A stretch of DNA of 64,000 nucleotides from Escherichia coli (GTDB taxonomy: Bacteria; Pseudomonadota; Gammaproteobacteria; Enterobacterales; Enterobacteriaceae): NCBI RefSeq assembly GCF_044324875.1, contig NZ_CP172185.1. One strand, given 5' to 3'. Below, piece after piece: positions 57,935-64,000 of the stretch. Both the position numbers and the translations under genes were made by a program. Every line of letters starts with the position of its first letter. Positions within the stretch are counted from its first letter, which is position 1. Below the pieces are notes generated by a model that did not search any database, was not told the DNA's origin, and saw only the letters and a program-made list of their open reading frames with translations.

Positions 57935-57986
57935 GTTGTTGGGGATAACCAGATTAACCGAATCCTTGTTGTTGGGGAATAACCAG
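57935..57986. repeat. Direct repeat pair gttgttgggg(a)ataaccag upstream of the 144-aa gene
   Basis: 18/19-nt copies at 57935..57952 and 57968..57986, just upstream of the 57919 start codon. Confidence 0.4.
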
Positions 57987-58206
57987 GTCCACCTCGCCTG
58001 ATGTGGCTAAAAGCAGGCACATAACAGCTAAGTATTTTCAACCAGAGAGAATCCTTAGCGTTGTGGTGAATGCGGCTCAGCGCACGCGGGTTAAGGTTGA
58101 GGCTGACAGTCGACCTTCTGTGGATACCCACCCGCCTGGTGTGCAACCTTCGCCAGGCACCGGGAGGCACCCGGCACCACAACTTTATGCTGCGTGTAGT
58201 CTTGGC

Positions 58207-58250
58207 GGTACCAGCTTTTACCCTTGCTTCCGGCTGGTACCGTCCTTTTT
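58207..58250 (+). terminator. Rho-independent terminator/attenuator in leader upstream of yfdP-like gene
   Basis: 9-bp stem ggtaccagc / gctggtacc with 17-nt loop followed by gtccTTTTT; GC-rich region with overlapping non-coding-looking ORFs. Confidence 0.5.
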
Positions 58251-58387
58251 ACAAAACAGAGAAGAGCATTACCGGACGACGGGCTCATAACTCAATCCAT
58301 CCGGGCGGCTGCCACCGCAGGTGTTCTTCTCTGTTTTGTGGAGAAACTAATCGGCTTTGCAGGGTCGATATGATGAGGAGCAGCAAA

Positions 58388-58750
58388 ATGGCTAGCGAAC
58401 GCAGTACTGATGTGCAAGCATTTATCGGGGAGCTGGACGGCGGCGTATTTGAAACCAAAATCGGCGCAGTTCTCAGTGAAGTCGCTTCCGGTGTGATGAA
58501 CACGAAAACCAAAGGTAAGGTCTCACTCAACCTGGAAATCGAACCATTTGATGAAAACCGTGTGAAAATCAAACACAAACTCTCATATGTTCGCCCGACT
58601 AACCGCGGGAAAATTTCCGAAGAAGACACCACCGAAACGCCGATGTATGTCAATCGCGGTGGTCGCCTGACTATTCTGCAGGAAGACCAGGGACAATTAC
58701 TGACTCTTGCCGGTGAACCTGACGGAAAACTCCGCGCAGCAGGTCATTAA
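58388..58750 (+). CDS. YfdP-like early protein (CPS-53 family)
   Basis: 120 aa from ATG 58388 (MASERSTDVQAFIGELDGG...). Confidence 0.65.
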   Translation: MASERSTDVQAFIGELDGGVFETKIGAVLSEVASGVMNTKTKGKVSLNLEIEPFDENRVKIKHKLSYVRPTNRGKISEEDTTETPMYVNRGGRLTILQEDQGQLLTLAGEPDGKLRAAGH

Positions 58751-58815
58751 TATCGTTCTTAATTAACCGATTATTTATCTCATCACTGAATATCTTAATA
58801 TAGTGAGGACTTATT

Positions 58816-59640
58816 ATGTCTCAAAACTTAGACGCAACCGCATTTAATCAAATCCATGCCCTTATTTCTGCTCAGGGTGTTAATGAAATTATCAGTAAGA
58901 TTGGTGCCGATGCTGTGGCATTGCCTGAGAATTTCCGCATTCATGATCTGGAAAAATTTAATTTAAATCGCTTCCGTTTCCGTGGTGCGCTTTCCACTGC
59001 CAGCATCGATGACTTTACCCGTTATTCTAAAGATCTTGCAGATGAAGGCACCCGCTGCTTTATCGATGCTGATAATATGCGTGCCGTCAGTGTGCTTAAC
59101 CTGGGTACTATTGATGAACCAGGTCACGCAGATAACACCGCCACTCTCAAACTGAAAAAGACAGCACCGTTCTCTGCTCTGTTGTCTGTTAATGGCGAGC
59201 GTAACTCCCAGAAATCACTGGCAGAATGGATTGAAAACTGGGCCGACTACCTTGTGGGCTTTGATGCTAATGGTGACGCCATTCAGGCAACCAAAGCGGC
59301 GGCGGCTATCCGTAAAATCACAATTGAAGCGAACCAGACCGCTGATTTTGAAGATAATGACTTCAGCGGCAAACGCTCCCTGATGGAGTCTGTCGAAGCG
59401 AAGACCAAAGACATTATGCCAGTGGCATTTGAATTTAAATGCGTTCCGTTTGAAGGCCTGAAAGAACGTCCATTTAAATTACGCCTCAGCATTATCACTG
59501 GCGATCGTCCTGTACTGGTTCTGCGCATTATTCAGCTGGAAGCGGTGCAGGAAGAAATGGCTAACGAATTTCGTGATCTGCTTGTTGAGAAATTCAAAGA
59601 CAGCAAAGTAGAAACCTTTATTGGTACTTTCACCGCCTGA
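58816..59640 (+). CDS. YfdQ-like protein (DUF2303)
   Basis: 274 aa; size and context match the yfdQ family of CPS-53-type prophages. Confidence 0.7.
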   Translation: MSQNLDATAFNQIHALISAQGVNEIISKIGADAVALPENFRIHDLEKFNLNRFRFRGALSTASIDDFTRYSKDLADEGTRCFIDADNMRAVSVLNLGTIDEPGHADNTATLKLKKTAPFSALLSVNGERNSQKSLAEWIENWADYLVGFDANGDAIQATKAAAAIRKITIEANQTADFEDNDFSGKRSLMESVEAKTKDIMPVAFEFKCVPFEGLKERPFKLRLSIITGDRPVLVLRIIQLEAVQEEMANEFRDLLVEKFKDSKVETFIGTFTA

Positions 59641-59767
59641 TTTCATTACTGCAAATGCCCCTGCGGGGGAATTTATGGAAACGTAATTAACTCAATAATC
59701 GCCGGATGGTGAGGACTTCCTTTTACCAGAATTCAGCGCGGTGCAGCGCATATACGTGGAGAACAAA

Positions 59768-60304
59768 ATGTCATTTATTAAAACTTTTTCCGGGAAGCAT
59801 TTTTATTATGACAAGATAAATCAAGACGACATCGTTATTAACGATATCGCGGTTTCCCTTTCAAATATCTGTCGCTTTGCAGGACATCTTTCACATTTCT
59901 ACAGCGTCGCCCAACATGCGGTGCTTTGCAGCCAACTGGTGCCGCAGGAATTTGCTTTTGAAGCGTTAATGCATGATGCAACAGAAGCGTATTGCCAGGA
60001 CATCCCGGCGCCACTGAAACGCCTTCTTCCTGACTATAAACGGATGGAAGAAAAAATAGACGCCGTAATCCGTGAGAAATACGGGTTACCCCCAGTTATG
60101 AGTACACCCGTGAAATATGCCGATCTCATCATGCTGGCAACTGAACGCCGCGATCTCGGGCTTGATGATGGCTCTTTCTGGCCAGTACTGGAAGGTATCC
60201 CGGCAACAGAGATGTTCAAAGTTATTCCACTGGCACCGGGCCATGCCTACGGGATGTTTATGGAACGCTTCAACGAGTTATCGGAATTACGCAAATGTGC
60301 ATAA
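59768..60304 (+). CDS. HD-domain 5'-deoxynucleotidase, YfdR-like
   Basis: Start ATG 59768 (MSFIKTFSGKHFYY...) with SD ggag; HD motif (LMHDATEAY). Confidence 0.7.
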   Translation: MSFIKTFSGKHFYYDKINQDDIVINDIAVSLSNICRFAGHLSHFYSVAQHAVLCSQLVPQEFAFEALMHDATEAYCQDIPAPLKRLLPDYKRMEEKIDAVIREKYGLPPVMSTPVKYADLIMLATERRDLGLDDGSFWPVLEGIPATEMFKVIPLAPGHAYGMFMERFNELSELRKCA

Positions 60305-61173
60305 CTCATGTAGTTAGTTTTTCTGGCGGGAGAACATCCGCATATCTTGTTCACCTGATGGAAGAACAAAGAAAGGCTGGCAATAACGTCTGCTACATCT
60401 TTATGGATACCGGTTGCGAACATCCGCTGACATACCGCTTTATCCGGGAGGTTGTGAAGTTCTGGGACATACCACTAACTGTGTTACAGGTCGATATAAA
60501 TCCTGAGCTTGGGCAGCCAAATGGTTATACAGAATGGGAGCCAACGGATATTCAGACACGAATGCCGGTGCTTAAACCGTTTATGGACATGGTTAAAAAG
60601 TACGGCACGCCATACATCGGCGGCGCGTTCTGTACTGACAGGCTAAAACTCATCCCTTTCACGAAATACTGCGATAACCATTTCGGGCGAGGTAATTACA
60701 TCACATGGCTGGGTATTCGTGCAGACGAACCCCGTAGGCTGAAACCGAAATCGGGCGTCCGGTATCTTGCCGAGCTGTCAGATTTTGATAAGTCGGATGT
60801 TATCCGGTGGTGGCGAAAACAACCTTTTGATTTGCAAATCCCGGAGCATCTCGGGAACTGTGTTTTCTGCATCAAAAAGTCAACGCAAAAGCTGGGGCTT
60901 GCATGTAAAGACGAACCAGGTCTGATGCGAGTTTTTAATGAGCTGGTTACAGGCAAACACGTCAGGGATGGTCATCGCAGAACAGGTAAAGACATTATGT
61001 ACCGTGGTCACCTGACGCTTGACGGAATTGCCAGAATGTCTGCCAACAGCGACTACAGAAATTTGTATCAGGCGATGGTACAGGCCAGGCGATTCGATAC
61101 CGGCTCGTGTTCAGAGTCATGTGAAATCTGGGGTGATCAATTGGAATTGGAATTCGAAGAGGTAGGGGTATGA
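60295..61173 (+). CDS. PAPS reductase-like PP-loop ATP pyrophosphatase family protein
   Basis: 292 aa; N-terminal PP-loop SFSGGRTS (SGGxDS-type); C-terminal Cys cluster. Confidence 0.7.
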   Translation: MCITHVVSFSGGRTSAYLVHLMEEQRKAGNNVCYIFMDTGCEHPLTYRFIREVVKFWDIPLTVLQVDINPELGQPNGYTEWEPTDIQTRMPVLKPFMDMVKKYGTPYIGGAFCTDRLKLIPFTKYCDNHFGRGNYITWLGIRADEPRRLKPKSGVRYLAELSDFDKSDVIRWWRKQPFDLQIPEHLGNCVFCIKKSTQKLGLACKDEPGLMRVFNELVTGKHVRDGHRRTGKDIMYRGHLTLDGIARMSANSDYRNLYQAMVQARRFDTGSCSESCEIWGDQLELEFEEVGV

Positions 61174-61514
61174 CAACCGAAATTAACTACCATGCACTGC
61201 TTGAGCGCGCACGGAATAAAGTGCAGAGCATTGAGTTCGCCTTAACACAGAGTGCATTCGCTGAGATTCGCGCTGAGCTTGAAAATGATTTAGAACTGGC
61301 ACGGATTGCACTGGCATCTCTGGAAGTTGAGCCAGATGAACGCGCAGCCTATGAATTATTTATGGAAAAGCGTTTCGGTAAAACAGTCGATCGTCGGAGA
61401 GCAAAAAACGGCGATAACGAATACATGGCATGGGATATGACTCTCGGTTGGATCATCTGGCAGCAACGAGCTGGTATCCATTTTTCAACAATGTCACAAC
61501 AAGAGGTGAAATAA
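61170..61514 (+). CDS. Hypothetical early protein
   Basis: 114 aa; start overlaps stop of upstream gene. Confidence 0.45.
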   Translation: MTTEINYHALLERARNKVQSIEFALTQSAFAEIRAELENDLELARIALASLEVEPDERAAYELFMEKRFGKTVDRRRAKNGDNEYMAWDMTLGWIIWQQRAGIHFSTMSQQEVK

Positions 61515-61628
61515 TAGAGCCATACAGCCTCACACTCGATGAGGCCTGTTCATTGCTCAATGATATCCAGACCTACCATCGCCGCATCAATGCGGCTTTT
61601 TCTTGCGTGTAATTGCGGAGACTTTGCG

Positions 61629-61847
61629 ATGTACTTGACACTTCAGGAGTGGAACGCTCGCCAGCGACGCCCAAGAAGCCTTGAAACAGTTCGTCGATGG
61701 GTGCGCGAATGCAGGATATTCCCTCCTCCGGTTAAGGATGGAAGAGAGTATCTGTTCCACGAATCAGCGGTAAAGGTTGACTTAAATCGACCAGTAACAG
61801 GTAGCCTTTTGAAGAGGATCAGAAATGGGAAGAAGGCGAAGTCATGA
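61629..61847 (+). CDS. xis: Excisionase Xis (lambda type)
   Basis: 72 aa from ATG 61629 (MYLTLQEWNARQRRPRSLETVRRWVRECRIFPPPVKDGREYLFHESAVKVDLNRPVTGSLLKRIRNGKKAKS), matching lambda Xis; overlaps int start. Confidence 0.9.
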   Translation: MYLTLQEWNARQRRPRSLETVRRWVRECRIFPPPVKDGREYLFHESAVKVDLNRPVTGSLLKRIRNGKKAKS

Positions 61848-62895
61848 GCGCCGGGATTTACCCCCTAACCTTTATATAAGAAACAATGGATATTACTGCT
61901 ACAGGGACCCAAGGACGGGTAAAGAGTTCGGATTAGGCAGAGACAGGAGGATAGCAATTACTGAAGCAATACAGGCAAACATTGAGTTATTTTCAGGACA
62001 CAAACACAAGCCTCTGACAGCGAGAATCAACAGTGATAATTCTGTTACGTTACATTCATGGCTTGATCGCTACGAAAAAATCCTCGCCAGCAGAGGAATC
62101 AAGCAGAAGACACTTATAAATTACATGAGCAAAATTAAAGCAATAAGGAGGGGGCTACCTGATGTTCCACTTGAAGACATCACCACAAAAGAAATTGCAG
62201 CAATGCTCAATGGATACATAGACGAGGGCAAGGCGGCGTCAGCCAAGTTAATCAGATCAACACTGAGCGATGCATTCCGAGAGGCAATAGCTGAAGGCCA
62301 TATAACAACAAACCCGGTCGCTGCCACTCGCGCAGCAAAATCAGAGGTAAGGAGATCAAGACTTACGGCTGACGAATACCTGAAAATTTATCAAGCAGCA
62401 GAATCATCACCATGTTGGCTTAGACTTGCAATGGAACTGGCTGTTGTTACCGGGCAGCGAGTTGGTGATTTATGCGAAATGAAGTGGTCTGATATCGTAG
62501 ATGGATATCTTTATGTCGAGCAAAGCAAAACAGGCGTAAAAATTGCCATCCCAACAGCATTGCATGTTGATGCTCTCGGAATATCAATGAAGGAAACACT
62601 TGATAAATGCAAAGAGATTCTTGGCGGAGAAACCATAATTGCATCTACTCGTCGCGAACCGCTTTCATCCGGCACAGTATCAAGGTATTTTATGCGCGCA
62701 CGAAAAGCATCAGGTCTTTCCTTCGAAGGGGATCCGCCTACCTTTCACGAGTTGCGCAGTTTGTCTGCAAGACTCTATGAGAAGCAGATAAGCGATAAGT
62801 TTGCTCAACATCTTCTCGGGCATAAGTCGGACACCATGGCATCACAGTATCGTGATGACAGAGGCAGGGAGTGGGACAAAATTGAAATCAAATAA
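61825..62895 (+). CDS. int: Integrase Int (lambda-type tyrosine recombinase)
   Basis: 356 aa, essentially lambda Int (MGRRRSHERRDLPPNLYIRNNGYYCYRDPRTGKEF... with R-H-R-Y catalytic residues); adjacent to the gal-proximal att core. Confidence 0.95.
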   Translation: MGRRRSHERRDLPPNLYIRNNGYYCYRDPRTGKEFGLGRDRRIAITEAIQANIELFSGHKHKPLTARINSDNSVTLHSWLDRYEKILASRGIKQKTLINYMSKIKAIRRGLPDVPLEDITTKEIAAMLNGYIDEGKAASAKLIRSTLSDAFREAIAEGHITTNPVAATRAAKSEVRRSRLTADEYLKIYQAAESSPCWLRLAMELAVVTGQRVGDLCEMKWSDIVDGYLYVEQSKTGVKIAIPTALHVDALGISMKETLDKCKEILGGETIIASTRREPLSSGTVSRYFMRARKASGLSFEGDPPTFHELRSLSARLYEKQISDKFAQHLLGHKSDTMASQYRDDRGREWDKIEIK

Positions 62896-62968
62896 TGATT
62901 TTATTTTGACTGATAGTGACCTGTTCGTTGCAACAAATTGATAAGCAATGCTTTTTTATAATGCCAAC

Positions 62969-62983
62969 TTAGTATAAAAAAGC
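62969..62983. repeat. Prophage attachment core, int-proximal junction (attL): ttagtataaaaaagc
   Basis: Identical to the 23582..23596 copy; phage-side arm carries lambda P-arm-like sequence (gactgatagtgacctgttcgttgcaacaaattgataagcaatgc). Confidence 0.9.
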
Positions 62984-63029
62984 AGGCTTCAACGGATTCA
63001 TTTTTCTATTTCATAGCCCGGAGCAACCT

Positions 63030-64000
63030 GTGAACACATTTTCAGTTTCCCGTCTGGCGCTGGCATTGGCTTTTGGCGTGACGCTGACCGCCTGTAGCTC
63101 AACACCACCCGATCAACGTCCTTCTGATCAAACCGCGCCTGGTACCTCTTCTCGCCCGATTCTGTCGGCAAAAGAAGCGCAGAATTTCGATGCTCAACAC
63201 TATTTTGCGTCCCTGACGCCAGGTGCTGCAGCGTGGAATCCTTCCCCGATTTCCCTGCCTGCGCAACCTGACTTTGTTGTCGGCCCGGCAGGTACTCAAG
63301 GTGTAACGCATACCACGATTCAGGCGGCGGTAGATGCGGCAATTATCAAGCGTACCAACAAGCGCCAGTATATTGCCGTGATGCCTGGTGAGTATCAGGG
63401 AACGGTGTATGTCCCTGCTGCTCCGGGTGGAATTACTCTGTACGGTACAGGTGAAAAACCGATTGATGTGAAGATTGGGCTTTCCCTTGATGGGGGCATG
63501 AGCCCTGCCGACTGGCGTCACGACGTCAACCCGCGCGGCAAATATATGCCAGGTAAACCAGCGTGGTATATGTACGATAGCTGCCAGAGCAAACGCAGCG
63601 ACAGTATCGGTGTTCTCTGCTCTGCGGTCTTCTGGTCACAAAACAATGGCCTGCAACTGCAAAATCTGACCATCGAAAACACGCTGGGCGATAGCGTAGA
63701 TGCGGGTAACCATCCGGCGGTGGCACTGCGTACTGATGGTGACAAAGTGCAGATCAATAACGTCAACATTCTCGGTCGTCAGAATACCTTCTTTGTCACC
63801 AACAGTGGTGTGCAAAACCGTCTGGAAACCAACCGTCAGCCGCGTACTCTGGTGACCAACAGTTACATTGAAGGGGATGTGGATATCGTTTCTGGTCGCG
63901 GCGCAGTGGTGTTCGATAATACCGAATTCCGCGTGGTGAACTCTCGTACTCAGCAAGAAGCTTATGTGTTTGCACCGGCAACACTGTCTAACATCTATTA
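63030..64000 (+). CDS. ybhC: Pectinesterase-like outer-membrane lipoprotein YbhC, 5' part (runs off window end)
   Basis: GTG start at 63030 (VNTFSVSRLALALAFGVTLTACSSTPPDQ...), lipoprotein signal with lipobox LTAC; open to window end; the gene flanking attB-lambda on the gal side. Confidence 0.8.
   Translation, partial: MNTFSVSRLALALAFGVTLTACSSTPPDQRPSDQTAPGTSSRPILSAKEAQNFDAQHYFASLTPGAAAWNPSPISLPAQPDFVVGPAGTQGVTHTTIQAAVDAAIIKRTNKRQYIAVMPGEYQGTVYVPAAPGGITLYGTGEKPIDVKIGLSLDGGMSPADWRHDVNPRGKYMPGKPAWYMYDSCQSKRSDSIGVLCSAVFWSQNNGLQLQNLTIENTLGDSVDAGNHPAVALRTDGDKVQINNVNILGRQNTFFVTNSGVQNRLETNRQPRTLVTNSYIEGDVDIVSGRGAVVFDNTEFRVVNSRTQQEAYVFAPATLSNIY

Larger units (their letters stand above)
23582..62983. 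mobile_element. Integrated mosaic lambdoid prophage (~39.4 kb) at the lambda attB site between ybhB and ybhC
   Basis: Bounded by identical 15-bp direct repeats; lambda Int/Xis at one end, sib/tI-like site at the other; complete head, tail, lysis, replication and immunity modules inside. Confidence 0.9.

Noticed and set aside
57838-58290. Overlapping ORFs 57838..58182(-), 58003..58290(+), 58091..58288(-) and the long N-terminal extension of ORF 58070..58750
   Set aside because: They overlap each other in a GC-rich region with no ribosome-binding sites and run through a hairpin terminator; the in-frame ATG 58388 gives a 120-aa yfdP-like protein. Treated as non-coding leader.
61430-61612. 60-aa ORF overlapping the 3' end of ORF 61170..61514 upstream of xis
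   Set aside because: No in-frame start with an RBS outside the overlap; could be a small lambda-like ORF but cannot be supported without comparison, so not called.
61539-61628. N-terminal 30-codon extension of the xis ORF
   Set aside because: Lambda Xis starts at MYLTLQEW (ATG 61629); the extension is a chance open frame.

Overview
The window has two parts. (1) Positions 1..23.5 kb are an Escherichia coli-type chromosomal backbone in conserved order: rhlE (5' fragment), cecR, ybhG-ybhF-ybhS-ybhR, ybhQ, ybhP, clsB, ybhN, ybhM, ybhL, moaEDCBA, ybhK, uvrB, bioDCFB / bioA, ybhB. (2) Positions 23582..62983 are a ~39.4 kb mosaic lambdoid prophage inserted at the lambda attB site between ybhB and ybhC, bounded by identical 15-bp cores (ttagtataaaaaagc). 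It combines a lambda-type Int/Xis/att/sib module, CPS-53-like early genes (yfdP/Q/R-like), a CI/Cro immunity region, an O-like replication gene with internal iterons, a nin-type region (RusA, KilA-N, a frameshifted Dam-like methyltransferase), a QuuD-like Q antiterminator, a lysis cassette, an HK97-type head and packaging module with HNH, a Mu/e14-type contractile tail, and a gtrABC O-antigen conversion cassette at the attR end. The best candidates for an undescribed system are three cargo islets with no recognisable homology: a two-gene membrane+soluble operon between Q and the holin (48756..50167, strongly AT-rich), a divergent pair between Rz1 and the HNH/terminase (45877..47078), and a small-gene pair in the rex position downstream of cI (57307..57919). 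All protein identifications are from reading the translations against remembered family signatures; no database search was run.
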